Source: Oopsacas minuta (taxonomy: Eukaryota; Animalia; Porifera). From it: DNA of 64,000 nt. Both the position numbers and the translations under genes were made by a program. The stretch spans positions 236,630 to 300,629 of the forward strand of contig JAKMXF010000314.1 in the NCBI GenBank assembly GCA_024704765.1, written 5' to 3'. The notes beneath the pieces were generated by a model, which saw only the letters and a list, made by a program, of their open reading frames with translations, had not been told where the DNA came from and ran no database searches. Shown here piece after piece: positions 25,261 through 39,260 of this stretch (its first letter is position 1; each line of letters starts with the position of its first letter).

Positions 25261-28200
25261 CCAAAATGAAAATTTGTTATACAGTGTCATTGATCGAATT
25301 TGGTGGAAATTATGGTTTCCTGTCATCCAAAATTCTAGTTGGTTGACTATATTTTGAGTGGATAACCTATTCAAAATATGGGAACATGTAGCATTTTAGA
25401 AGGATAGAATTTGCGTAATAGTATTTTGTGGTAATTCAATTCTTGAAGAAACCAGTGATTTCAACAATTTAAAGTGTACCCTTTACAAATAATAATTCCA
25501 CTCAAGAAAGGTAACAATGGCTTATCATATGTCAATAGACAATCAAACATTCCAGGATAACTACAGTCACTATTTCCTTTCTTTAGAAGAACTAACTCGA
25601 TTATCAAGGTGATTCTTAATAACCTTGATACTGGATTTGCTACTCTCATAAATTTCTGAAAAAGGTTACTAAAGGGTGACTTTTGAATGAAATCACAGCA
25701 TTCAATTTTGCAGTTGCTTCATCCGCATATTCTTTAGGTATTTATTACATATCTATCTCACTATTAACACAATCTCTAATTCGGAAAATTTGTCCTCATA
25801 ATCTTGGATCGTTTTTTTAAAACATACAATATAACATAATAATTCGAAAAGGTGGTCACTTTTTTACAATTTTTGTAATTTAACACCCGACTAAAACAAG
25901 TAAACTTTTATGTATTTTAAACTTATTGTTTTGAATGTAACTGATCCTGTGCATTACATGAGCTGTACGCACAGTCACACACAGATGTAAAACAGTAGTA
26001 AGAATTAAATTTTCATTATTAGAGACAAACCTCCAACAGTTTTGAAGGTAATTCAAAATAGTAAATTAATTAAATGCTAAACAAGAACTATGTAACATAG
26101 TCAGCTATAATCCATTTCAATTATATTTATTTTAAAGTCTCTATTTATTGTGAATATGAATGTAGACTCCGTTTAATCAAGAAATATGAAATTTCAATTG
26201 TACTATGATCTCTACAGATCATTTCTGCTACGCGCATTAGACTGGTATAATACTAGGGATGTTGGATAGTTAAAGCAAAAAATTATTTGATAGCGGATGA
26301 AGTTGGTTAACTAATCAGGGACCAAGTGTCATCTAATTTTATCACAACAGCCTGACCTTGAAACAAATTAAGAAAGTATTTAGAAGTGTACATATGTGTG
26401 ACAAATGGATCTTGCACAGAGTACAGGAAATAACCTGGAATAGGGGAATCAGGGAGTAGATGACGGAAGTACTGCTGTGTAGCTCCTACATCCTTAATGT
26501 AAGAATTAGAAAAGATTACGCGGATTTTAAATATGTTGAATTGCCAATAACAAAAATCCTCCTTTTTACCAGAATATTGAATTGCTTATTAAATATTTTG
26601 CTCACAGAATATCTATCTAATAATCCAGCCATTTGATTCGCGCTACAATAAAAAATTATGACTCTAAGCGGTCGTACCATCTGTATGGTGAGTTGAAAGA
26701 GATCCTTCAGAATAAAACTATGCTACTACACTATTATCTAAACTCACATTCTCAATATAAAATAAATATGCTCTGCTTAGATAATCTACACTGTGCTCTA
26801 CCTCTAAAGAAAGGATTGTTAATCCTAAGGCTATCAAGCTTTTGAACGATTATAGTTAAACTGCATAACACACATATTGTTTACATCATGAAACTTTGAA
26901 GATGAACCATACGTCCAATTACTGACTAGTGACAGCCTTTCTTTGGAATAAGTAATGCACAAACCATCCCATTCTGTGATTTCGAGATATAATTCACCAG
27001 ATTCACAACTTGTGCACTTTCTACACTACTCTTAGAATAGTTGGACCTGGGGAATGGGGAATTGTTTCCTTAACTAAAACATTCAACAACAAGAAGGTTT
27101 TCAGATAAACACATTTATAAGCTGGTAATACTATTAGTAACAAATTCTTTATTTGTTTGAATACCCAAACTAATGTAAAGATCAAAGTCTCTCCAAATAA
27201 ACCGACGTGTATTTAGCAAACATTTGGTAAACTCAACTAGAACCAGGAAAGATATGCATATATGAATTCTCAAATCTTGATAGATACATCCATGAATTCA
27301 CCCAACAGTGCCAAAAATGTACAAATGTCCTAAATCGCAGGCTGGCGAGAATAAATTAGTGGGCCGCAGGCTGTGGGCTTTACGGATCGCACCATATGTT
27401 AGAATTTGAATATTCACATAAAAGTGTCATCCCATGTCTCTCTGTTAATCAAGAATGACAAAACATTTGTCACAGAAAATTTTATATTTTGCATAAATCT
27501 ATCTATAAATCAGATATATAGTATTTCTTTCAAATGAAAGATGTAATATATATCATTCAACAATGCCCACAAATCGCAGATTCTACCAAAAATGTGCTAT
27601 CTAGACTCATACTTTGATAAATTCCTAAAATGTTTAGCATATAATGGTTGATAGATTTTCTTCTACAAATTTGCAAGACATCGCATCTCAATTCCAATTA
27701 TCAGAAGTTATCTTCAATGCGAATAAAAAGGAGATGGAACAATTCTGGAATATTTGAATTCTACTCAGACAACCAATGATCTAAGTTGTATAATACCCGT
27801 ATAACGTATAATACGTTATACGTGATCTATATTAACGTATTATACGGCCAACCTCGAAATATAAGACTTTGACATTGTTAGATTTGTATAAGTGACATTG
27901 TTATCACGAATTATATAATTTTGTCAACTAAGCTGAGATTTCTCACCAACAATTCGAGAACTACTGTTTTGATGCAGAATATTTATTGGCAGAAATCAGA
28001 CTAATAGATGTTAGGTCACCCAAAATTGTAGATTGAACGTATTATAAGTGATGATTTTTCATTGAAAGACGTATTAAACAACATAGCCCAAAATATATAG
28101 TCCGATAAAAAAATTATTTCTACTTCTTGTACACTATATATTGCATCCGATACTATTCACTATGCTGATTCCCAATCTTAAGTCAAATCTACTCAATCAT

Positions 28201-29029
28201 CTAACAATTTGAAAATACAGTCCGTTATTGGGACAAATTCTGATCATTTGAGATAATCTCTAGGAATCGAGTAAAAATTACTAACCCAATCAAGATGAAA
28301 TTCCTCTAGATTTTAGGAAATCAATAAGCAAGGTACATGGATTTAAATACAATAAATAGAGACACAATTATGGATCGATTAGGAAAATCATATTCTATTT
28401 AGTAGTGTTTGTTATCAACATTATTTTACAGAAGGAATTAAACGATCTGAAATTTCAAAGTCTGCACTTTGGATGGGCATGGCTCCCCCATAGACCAAAA
28501 ATAAAAATGCTGCTATTCACTATCATTATTATAAGTTCTTCGAATAAGTGTGAACTCCGCTTAAGCTCGACAAAATGGCTGGAACAGTGTGCCCCGATTA
28601 AGCGGGACCGTATTCAACTTCTAATAATACAAAATTTGTTAAATTCTCAGAAAATTTCATTCCAAATATTGTCTCCAGTCCGGAAGATTTCATTTGTATT
28701 TTTCCAAATAGTGAATCATTTTTGCTCACGGATTATGTAATTCAGATTATATTACTTATATACAGTATAACCTTTTTATAAGGACACTGTAAATACGGAT
28801 TTCCGGATAAGACGAACAAATATGTATAGAAAATCAAGTCCACACAATGGGTACTCAATTGATTTTGTTCCGTTAACACGGACTCAGGATAAGAAGTACA
28901 AATTTAGAAAGTCCGCTTGCGTACGTATAACGAGATCCTACAATAGTTGAAAAATTCAACAGCTTGATGCTTCAGAAAGCATGTGATGAGATAATTGAAG
29001 GGGCATTATAATTATAACTAACTGGCCTA

Positions 29030-29598
29030 CAGGGTAGGCCAAAATAACCAGGGCCCCAACAATTAGCCTCGCATGTCCATAATATTTAGGGAAGATTAAC
29101 CAAACCTTATAGTTATAGCACTTTTAGGGGGTACAATACTAATAGAGGCTATTATTATTGTAGGTTGTAGTCTACGCGGATTAGAGCTTATGTTCTAGAT
29201 GAACACCATAAAATCTTTCCATTTTAGTATTCTTAGAGCAAAATTACATCCTTCAGAACTATTTCTCTAGGAATGACTTGCAGGGTATTGAGAGTTACAA
29301 TAATATTTTAATAGCTCTCTCTGTCTGAAATCCCTTACCCCAACCCTGAATTCCCGATTTCCAAGCGCAGTTTTGACATCGAATTTAAGAAAAAATGTTG
29401 TGTAATTCCCTTGAAACCGCGATTCAATAATTCTCTGAATTCACAAAGACTTCTATTGAATACTCTATTACTTCGTCCTTAGATTATATAACATATGTTT
29501 AAATAGGATAAATAGAACTGTATTACTTCGTATATTTGACTAGTAGTTTCAAGGTGGCCTGAAATGTTCACGGGCCCCATTATTTTTGGCCCACTCGG
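29030..29598. mobile_element. Tc1/mariner-derived MITE
   Basis: TA|CAGGGTAGGCCAAAATAACCAGGGCCCC at the left; inverted GGGCCCCATTATTTTTGGCCCACTCGG at the right. Confidence 0.55.
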
Positions 29599-30589
29599 TT
29601 TAGAAAACACAATATAATACCGTCCGCCGTCCAAGTTTTCCAAGAAGATCCGTATGAGAACAAGGAATTTATTTTACATGGCTTAAAGACTGTAAATAGC
29701 GGTTCCAGGTGTTAATTGCATTTTCCTACCATTTACAGCAACAAATTTACTGATGACAGCTGGACACTGCAGTTAACAGAAAGATGACTGCTGTTAACGT
29801 CAACAGTACATAATGTGTTGTTCATATCAGTTTGGAGTTGACAACAGAGATTACAAGATTTGGAGAGTCGTCAATGGGACTTTGAGAGAGGAAAACGTAC
29901 AATCACTAGTTATTGTCATTATTTTAGTGGACGCAATATTCAGTTAGATGACCAATTCATAACAATGACAACAAAAACTTAAATTTTAAGTAAGTAACAA
30001 TCAATACTACACATATTCTCCTATATGTTTGGCACTCTTCTAGTACTTCATGATCGCTTCTGTGGGTTGTTCTAGCTATAATGAAGTCTGAGTAGAATGT
30101 AGACAGACTGTCACAGACACTTCTTCTCATTGTCATATAACTTTGAAACAAGGATATAATTTGGATAGACGTCGAGTACTATGCCACAGCTATCACAAAC
30201 TCCGAAAAGAGTTTCTTTATTTTATACGTTTTGACAGCTCTAAAAGAATATGACCTTGAGAAAATTCTTACCGGTAGCTGGGTGATAATTTAGAAACCCG
30301 CTTCAGAAGAAACTTAGTCAAAACATGTCCACAATTGTAAAACAATTCTATGAATTTCAGAGTTGATCTAATTATAAGAAGATTTTTTAGAAGTGGCTCA
30401 ATTAGGTATAAATTGATCACAAACTGCTAAGTCAAGTTAAGGCATTTCGGATAAAGTAATAGTACATAATTATTCAATAAAATTTAGACTGTATTCTTTG
30501 ACAATTAGATCTTAACAGCACAGAATGGAGGTATCTAAAAAGAAATAATCTCAGTCGAAAGTCAATTATTTCACTAGAATTGGGCTAGT

Positions 30590-31570
30590 GATTACTTCTC
30601 AAGGAGTACGAAGATAAACCAGTTTGTCTTATATGTATGGAAGTTTTGCCATAAGCAATTAGTACAATCTGAGAAGGTATTACGAGTCAAAACACAATTA
30701 AGATGTAAATATCTCAACAACATGAGGCACCAGTGCGTGCAAGTGGCATCATAACCAGGTAGATTGAAAACTGGGAGGCCTCAACTCATCGTCAATTTCC
30801 ACAATTTTGGTGGAAGATCGAAGTTGTATTAAGTGAAATTTTGTACAGTATAGAGATAGATGACTAAGTACAAGGAAAACGGTTTTCTATTTAAGAAACT
30901 GTACTGCTATGTTCATAGTTGAAAGGGAAGGGAAATAATAGAATTGTTCAATCATGAATGGATACTAGATTCAGCATTCTCATCCTTGAATTAATTGCCT
31001 AAATCTCAAACCTCAAGGAAAGAGAAACTGACTTATGAAATATGGTCAGAAGCCACATCTTTTCAAATCATATCTCAAGCTCATAAAAGCAATCATCTTA
31101 AGAAAAGACCTATCAGATTCGCCATTCTCGTACAATTCTTTTGATAAAGTGAAAATTTGGACTGGCCAATAGATTTATTTGAGAATATCATTGAACATAT
31201 GCAGATGAATGTTCAAACGATTTATCAGCATTCACAATTGCTCAAGAGAAATTGACCTATTTGGAATCAACACTCTGTTGACATAGCTGATGTTTCAGCT
31301 GATCTTCAAATGGAATTTGCAACAGAATGATTTGTTGAGAGATTCGTTCCATTCAAATGACTTAGTCAGGTTTAACATTGACCTTCCGATTGATTGCTTC
31401 CCCAAGTGTGAATATTTGCTATCGGGAAGACAAGCGTATTCGCAAGTACTAATATTTGTGAGCAGACTCTTATAAATATATGAAAAGCAAATTTATTCAA
31501 AATGGCAGAAGATGACAACAAAACATATGGATTGAGAGCTTCTGGTTATAGTGCAGACATAAACAACTAT
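30590..31570 (+). pseudogene. Heavily decayed, internally deleted hAT (GTF2IRD2/EPM2AIP1-like) transposase
   Basis: Fragments KEYEDKPVCLICME, VSADLQMEFA and a C-terminal dimerisation-like FPKCE...STNICEQTL segment. Confidence 0.55.
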
Positions 31571-31792
31571 CAACAACCCCAAATTTCTCACTAAAATAAT
31601 TCAATTTTAGTCAATCTCTTATATTAGAATATTAGATTAGTGGTCTTTCTTTCGTATTATTATTAAGAAAAGATCCACCAAATATTGTATCTTTATAGTT
31701 AATGCACTGTATTTGTGTATCAAAATACGCTTATTATATTAACTACATTTGTATATTCTCCATTAAGTAATTCCTAAGCATGAATGTCATTG

Positions 31793-31955
31793 GGCCTTTC
31801 AAACGTTACGTTACGCTACAAGAGGATGGGGTGTTATGCGAAGTGTTACAGCTGCATCCTTTTTAATTACAAAACGGTGAAAACGCGTGACACAGGGAGG
31901 GGAGAGGACACAAAAATAAGGAAATTCACGATACGCTTCGTTTTAACGACCTCTA
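31793..31955. mobile_element. Probable PIF/Harbinger-like MITE
   Basis: GGGCCTTTCAAACGTTACGTTACGC at the left with degenerate inverted CGATACGCTTCGTTTTAACGACCTC at the right. Confidence 0.4.
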
Positions 31956-32720
31956 CTTAGAAATCTATCTCAAATCTGGAAAATTAATTTAAATGCTACG
32001 TTATCCTACATAAAAGTTGATACAGTGAATCTCGCTTATATGATCTCCGGTCTTGAGAACATATTGGTTATAAGAACAATTTAGCCTGCTACCAAATGTC
32101 TTTCTATTGTTTAGTATAAGAAGAGCACCATTTATAAGAACCTCCTTCGAGTAGATATTGCTTACAAGAACACTGGTTATAAGGATGTATGGGATATTAG
32201 AAACACCACATAGATAAGGGTGAAAAATTAAGGACTATTTAGTTCAAAGAGTATACGAATATATAGGTAATAAGAACATAATATACTATTCCAAAACGGG
32301 ACCCTAAAAGCGATAACCACTAGATCAGTATATAGGAACTAATAGTTTGGTTATAAAAAACATATCGTGTATAAATCAATTCCTCTAAATCTGAATATGT
32401 TATTTTTATGATATCTATGGTATTACAATCGTATACTATATGAAAAGAATTTCATAAAGATGGAAATAATAGACACGCCAATTCCACAGAAGTGCCGAAT
32501 TTTTCGCACAGCGATTTAATGTTCGGTCGCTCACTTGATCGGTGGGGGATGTCCGTTTTCCCACTTCTTAATTTGGATTTAGCCTAAATATGCAAAACTA
32601 AATTTCTCAATGTGCATTAGATGGCTGCGCAATTAACCTTACTCGGCACTAGTACCTGAATTTTCGATGGCTAGCAGATGAATCACAACAATACGAGACA
32701 AGTAATGATATGAAAGTTAC

Positions 32721-32970
32721 CTCTTCTTGTGGACTAACTGGACGACAACAAGACAGAGTTGCAATATGCGAAGGAATTGAGTGTTCAGATGAATGAGATG
32801 GAATAGAATTATCAAAGCTTTCCCCTAGGTTTGAACGTGGTAATGTCCATCCATATGCATCGACTCTCTTCTCTTCATCTTCTCTTAATTTTCGCAAAAA
32901 TGGAACAAAGGTGGCTTTCTGAGAAGATACTGCGCAATAATAGGGTCCAGAATCTTCTTCAAAAAGATTC
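32721..32970 (-). CDS. MAPK8IP3/SPAG9: JIP3/JIP4-like kinesin adaptor, internal exon
   Basis: 250-nt exon, acceptor ttttatttag|G, donor GAG|gtaact. It reads NLFEEDSG...LREDEEKRVDAYGWTLPR...SCCRPVSPQEE (JIP4: KEDGRVQAFGWSLP...VYLRPLDEKD). The phase-0 end joins the exon starting at 17061. Confidence 0.88.
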
Positions 32971-33439
32971 CTAAATAAAATTATAAAAAGTTAAATACAA
33001 ATAAGGTCAATATAGAAGTTGAACTACAAATAAGGTTACATTTAAACATATCTATTAATATCATAATATTGTATTTTAAAGAAAAATAGAATAAAATATT
33101 CACTTAGAATTGTTGGTAGAATAAACGAAAAATTCGACGGAAATTTATACTACTAAATAATATGACAAATTTAAAAATGAAAGAGCAGGAAACTCCTACG
33201 ATTGGGGCTAAAAATTTCTGATAGAAGAAAGTAACGCGTGTAAGGGGAAGCAGATTAGTAAAATATGTAACGCATATATACTTTCGAAAATATTTTCAGT
33301 TTTCGTGTTCTCAGCAAAATCAAATATTTCAAACTGTTGTTCAAAACATAGTATACATATACATAGTTCCTCAAAACCGAAATACAGACAGAATTTGCAA
33401 TTTTGGTGCTTTCTAAACTTTAACCAGTGGTACATTAGA

Positions 33440-36400
33440 AAATAATAATAATAATACAGCATTAAGTACGCGCTTAACACAATTTTAGTCTCAAAGCGTT
33501 TTCAGTTCAATGAGAAACATAAACAAAGGAGAATATAAGAAAATTACCAAGTCTATACAAAAATGTGCGATATTCAGAACAACAGGAATATTTATAAATA
33601 GTATTTATTAAACAGAAATTTCTTGACAGGTTTTTCAAGATTTCAATAGAGATAGACTTTCTGATGTTTTTAGTAAGAGAATTCCAGAGACGTGGGGCAG
33701 CAGATGAGAGAGCACAGTCACCATAAATTTTCAACCTAGATCTGGGTAGTTGAACTAAATTAGATGATGTAGATCTAGGTGATAGCCGCAACTTGAAAAA
33801 CTTATTAGAGTGTTCAAGCATGTCAAACAATGACCACATATAATTTTGAAGGTGATCAGAAGAATAGGATACTCAATTTGAGTTTTGACTGATAACCAGT
33901 GTAGACCTTTCAGTTCAGGAACAATATGTTCATACTTCTTGGTTCCATATACTGGCCTAGAAGCTGCGTTCCTGACACTTTGTAACCTCTTTATCTCTCT
34001 GTCTGGTACCCCGAAGAGAATCGAATTACAGTAATCCAGCTTACTAGATATGAACGCATGACAAATTTTGATATAGTATTTTTGTCAAGGTACCAGTATA
34101 GTAGAACCTCCCTAAGTGGGGTATCTGGGAAGCGCTGCTAAGATCTTGCACCCCACTTTGGGAAATACCCCACTTCCGACAATAATTTTAAAAAAATTTC
34201 ATTAAGTGTTGTTCTAGATTTTATATGATTTATGGCTATTGTTCATAAAACTCAACTAAGTTTAGAGAGGAAGGTCACAATTGCACAGGGTCTATCCAAA
34301 GGAATGACCCAGTAAGATGCTGTAAAAAAGTACAAGGCCTCCAAAGGTACTGTGTCTAGGATTGGTAATGAAAAGGAACGATGGATAGCTATTAATTTTG
34401 AAACACTAGATAGTGCTCCTCGCAAAGGTACGAAAGAAAGCATATAGTCAAGGTTAAGACTATTGATCTGGATGACGAACTTGTTGAGTATATCGTGAGA
34501 CCCCGAGATTTAAATGCTGTTGTAACTGGTCCAATATACAAAATATTGCCACAATAATTTCGCAGAAGTTGTCTAATTGAGATGGTTTTAGTGCCTCTAA
34601 TGGCTGGTTAGAGAGGTTCCGAAGCCGCAATAGGATTGTAAGTAGAGCTCTCCAAGGAGAAAGAGCATCAGCTCCCAAGAATGCTGTTGAAGAATTCAAA
34701 AAGATATTACCTACTCTCCTTAAAGGTTATGACAAAAAGATGTTCCAATGGTGACGAGGTTGGTCTTTATTGGGAACAAAGTGGAAAAAGAAAACTGTTC
34801 AGCAAAGCACAGACCCTGTAGGAAGTAAAGTCAGCAAGAAGAGATTACTGTGTTCATTGTTGCTGCTATGGATGGACATATGGAGCAAATGATTGTAATT
34901 AATCAGTATTGAAAACCAAGAGCACTCTCTATAATTCACTACGACACTAATAAACTCCCGGTATGCATGCAATGGAAATCGACTCCCAAAGGATGGATGA
35001 ATTCTACTATTTTCAGGGAGTGGCTTTTATATTTAAATACAACAATTGGAACACAGAAACGGAATGTCTTGTTCTTTCTTGATAATTTTCCGGTCATGAA
35101 TGTAGATTCGAATTAGCAAAGGAACATCTAACTCATGTCCGTATTGAATGGTTACCACCGAATTGTACATCTCTGTTACAACCTGTCGATCAAAGGATCG
35201 GTAACGTTTGAAAATTAGATATCGTAAATACCTCCATGAACATATGTCTAAGATGATTTTCATCGATAAACATCCCATGGAAGGCGTCGATATGTTGCGT
35301 GCATGTGTTTGGTTTGATAGGGTTTGGAATTCTTTACACAATACATCCACTGTTTTTCTCGCTGTTTTGAGAAAGCTGGTTTCCGCATTGAATCAGATAA
35401 TGAAATCATTCCAGATCTAATTTCGGATTTTGTAAATCATGATGAGCAGGATATCCTTGATCAAGAAGTTTTAATAACTGGTCCACCTGCAGTTGTAGAC
35501 GCTGATCAAGTTCTAGAAATGATTGAGTTGTTCGATGCTAAAGAAAATCAAGTTGGAAATGCCGAAGAACAGGATGACAGTGGTGCTAAATCTGAAATTG
35601 AAACAAATGAAGAACAGGTAGATCCAGAACTAGGTAGTCGTCCAATAAGTACTAAAGAAGCCATGTTGCGTTTATCTGAACTCGAAAAGTATTTTGAACA
35701 CAAAGGAATGGATGATGAAGTAGAATGGGTTATCTCAGTTCAAGACAAAATTCTAGAAAGGGTACAAGCTAATCTGATTCAGCGATCAATTGACGTTTAT
35801 CTGTTGAAGAAGAATAATGAAAATTAAGTGGTGTAAGAAGGATACTATCCTAGTATTGAATTACTTTTAACATATAGTAGTGATATTTTATGATAAATAT
35901 TCACCCCACTTAGGTACACAGCTTTGGGAAATACCCCACTTTGGGAATAAAAATGTAAATTTTGTATACAATATTGTTCAAGACTTCAGCAGGCGCACCC
36001 CACACCCCACTTCTGACAAAAACCTCACTTTGGGAGGTTCATTTAGCTGTAGTTTACTTAACACGCCAATTGTACACCCCACTTTGGGAGGTTCTACTGT
36101 ATCTATGAGCTATGCTGATATCCTCAACAGGTAAGATATATAAATTAAAGAGTAAAGGACATAATACCGATCCTTGTGGCACACCCCATCTAACCATTTG
36201 TGGATCAAATTCATATCCATCAACACTTACATACTGTTATCTCTCGGTTAAATACTATCTAAACCATTTAAGAACTTTACCAGTAGTAGAACCAAATCTA
36301 GTTTGCAGATGCTCAAAAATAATCTCATGATCAACCGTATCAAAAGCTGCAGTTAGATCTAAAAGGATTAACATAGTATTCCTGCCCTCATCCAGGTCAC

Positions 36401-37500
36401 AACATAAGTCATTGAATGCTCTAATTAGAACCGTTTCTGTAGGATGATGTATTTTGTAGCCAGATTGTTTCAGCAGATAGAGATTATTTTCCAATAAATA
36501 ATGTTCTAATTGGATAGCAATAGACTTGACAACAATCTTGGACATGAAGGGTAGATTCGAAATAGGCCTGTAACTTGAAAACTCGTTTGGGTAAAGTGAG
36601 TTCATTTTTTGTCAGAAAACACATCTGCAGAATTTATGGAATCACTGTCAGAAAACTAAGTGATTACAAGATCTAACGCATGAGCATTGAGATGTGTTGG
36701 ATGATGGATGTGTTGACACAAATCAAAAGTAGCAAGGATATCACTAAACCGATAAGTCCCGAATTAGAGATCATATTGAACCTAATACTAAAATCCCCAG
36801 GTAAAATGACCTTATTATGCGAAGTATACATACGTTTAAAAAGTCTGAGAATTCCAATAAAAATTGACCAAAAGAGAGTATATTTTTGGCAGATGTAGGT
36901 GGACGATAGATTGAAACAACTCGGTGCGACAAATTACAAGAATTGAAAGTGATATCTAAGTATTTAAATGATTTGTACATTGGTCCTATGTTCTTTTTAG
37001 AAGCAAGGCCAGTACATCATTGAAGAGCCAACCCACCACCAAGTGAATGACGAGGTTGATTAATTATTATATATCCTGGTAAGAGATCACCAAGCAGGTC
37101 CAAAGTATGATTCTTCCAGACGTAAGCTATGTTTCCGTTAAAATTGGAATATCCAGTGAGTTCGAAAGAATTAATTATGATACATATACCACTTTATTGT
37201 TCATTGAGCGAGCATTCCATAGCCCGATTTGATCATACTTTCCTTCGGCACATGTGAAACATATATAGTAAATTTGGTATCACGAGATAAGCAAGGTAAA
37301 GAGTCAGAAAGGTTAGAGACAGAATTATTTGAAGCAGTCCGAAGAATAAATGGCAAACCAGAATAGTCTTTGAATGTACTTTGTGCGAATAAAACATCAT
37401 AACCTTTACCATTTACCTTCGCAAAGATGATTTGGAGGGCAAGGAAATGAATTTTGTAAGTGATGAATAATGTAAATTTATCGAAGAAAATGATTGAGAC
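33440..37500 (-). mobile_element. L2/CR1-like non-LTR retrotransposon, decayed, interrupted by a pogo element
   Basis: APE fragment VVSIYRPP (36771-36980). RT fragments YRPISNLPFMSKI, LLDLTAAFDTVDH and [15 protein letters not shown] (36105-36605). C-terminal part RLQSVRNAASR, LHWL, YGDCALSSAAPRLWNSL (33507-34095). (TAT)n 3' tail at ~33441-33455. Confidence 0.88.
34099..36099 (+). mobile_element. pogo/Tigger-like DNA transposon with decayed transposase
   Basis: TA|TAGTAGAACCTCCCTAAGTGGGG ... CCCCACTTTGGGAGGTTCTACTG|TA: 23-bp TIRs with 2 mismatches and a TA TSD. Fragments of HTH-psq (LSLERKVTI) and DDE_1 (NGDEVGLYW), plus acidic C-terminal ORF 35324-35827. Confidence 0.9.
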
Positions 37501-38814
37501 CATCTGGAATCAAATTGAAGTAGTGATACTAACAGGGCGAGAAATTGAAATAAAATAGGGGTTAGAACAAACAAAGAACAGAGCTACCATTAGAGGCGCT
37601 GAATACAAGTAAATTTGGGTCATAAGAGAAAATAATAATTTGGAAAACAAAACAAAAACACAAAACACAAAAGGGCCAAATTTTTAGGAGTAGTGGCTGT
37701 CTCTACATCTCTGTGTAAGTTTTTTATGAAGAATTTGTAGTAAAGTTTGTAAAGCATATTTCCATAGATAGATTCAAAACTAAACATTAGCGTCTGAAAC
37801 CAATTAGAGATCAACTATATTGAATATCCGGCACCATTTGACTATTTTCATACTACATTAGTGTGAAAAAGTGCAAATGATGTGCACCACAGCGCACCAC
37901 CTGGGTACGTCTCTGCTAGAAATATAACAGTTCTAAATATAGATTCCGATAGCAGAGGGATCAAATAATGCAATATCAGGTAACAACCATTTCTCAGAAT
38001 TTTCAGTACTCTAAATCAAGTAGTCTAAGAATCTTCCGCATGCTAAGATTACCCCCGCTTGGCATTTTCAAAAAAGGAACTTCAGAGCAGTGGCATACCG
38101 ACGGAGGGCAAAGCTAATCAGCGTTAGGGGGAACTCTTAAAGTGGCACCAGGCCTATCATTAATGAAATGGACAGTATTATCCTCCGCGCTATGTAGGAA
38201 TATAGTGCAAAAATGTCCAGCAGACATACTAGTAGGGCAGCTCAGGAGTCTAGATCATGCTTCGTGTATATCTACAAAATCATTAGTCTTCATAACCAAA
38301 TATTGATGTCATTCGAAGTATAAGCCAGATGAATTAAAATGATTAATGATATAACAAATCATGTAGATGTAGATTATGAAAGTCAAAATAGAATCTACAT
38401 CCTCGATTATCCCTCAGTAACTGTCAAAATAAAATCTCCAACATGATAGTGAATATATGCAAAAGATTAGGAATTCAGACTCGGAAATCTGTTAACCGGA
38501 CTAAATGCACTCAATTATTACCAAGAACATGTTGAAACCTAATCTCTAACATGCTTTTGTATTGTAGAAAGTAAAGTGTGAAAATGTTCAATCACCAAAA
38601 GTTGTGAGAATTTCACTTAGAAAATACTCACACGAGACGACAAATCTTGGACCAAAAATGTATATGTATACCTATTTTCATGGAAATCGAACTGCTAGAT
38701 TTCGCACGACAAATACTTATGAAACTCCCTATAGGAACTGCACTAATAAAGACTCTATTACAACCTTAAATAAATTGAAATTCCTACTTGGCGTGAATCA
38801 TATCAATCTAAATT

Positions 38815-39260
38815 ACAAACGCAAATAATCAACATATATATATATATATTTATATTTGTATGCCCGGAATTGATTGAACACCCAGGGCTGATTAATGGCA
38901 TCCAGAGGTAAGTTGGGCCTGGCTCGGACAATATTGAGTCTTGGACGAATATTTACAGCTGTGACAAAATTATGACGTCATTGTGACCTTCTTAGATTTC
39001 GAAAAATCACATTTCGAATCACAGGTACCCCTCAATATGACAAAGGTCCTGAAGTAATGATTCTTCCCAAAGCTAAATCTTCATGAAATTATTACGTTAT
39101 CTTGAATGCAGACAAATATCAAAATCTCACCACACAAGGCCATTCATTGTAATTTGGATGGACCATGGATAAATATTATTAAACTATTCTGTGGATTTAT
39201 GCACGTACGTTAGAGGCACATTCTCTCATAATTGGATAATAATGGAATTTATTGTTAATT
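38815..39260 (-). repeat. Copy of the DINE/Lep1-like family (reverse orientation) with (TA)n tail
   Basis: The reverse complement contains TATCCATGGTCCATCCAAATT, GAGGGGTACCTGTGATTCG, CGTCCAAGACTC and CAGCCCTGGG blocks. Confidence 0.6.
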
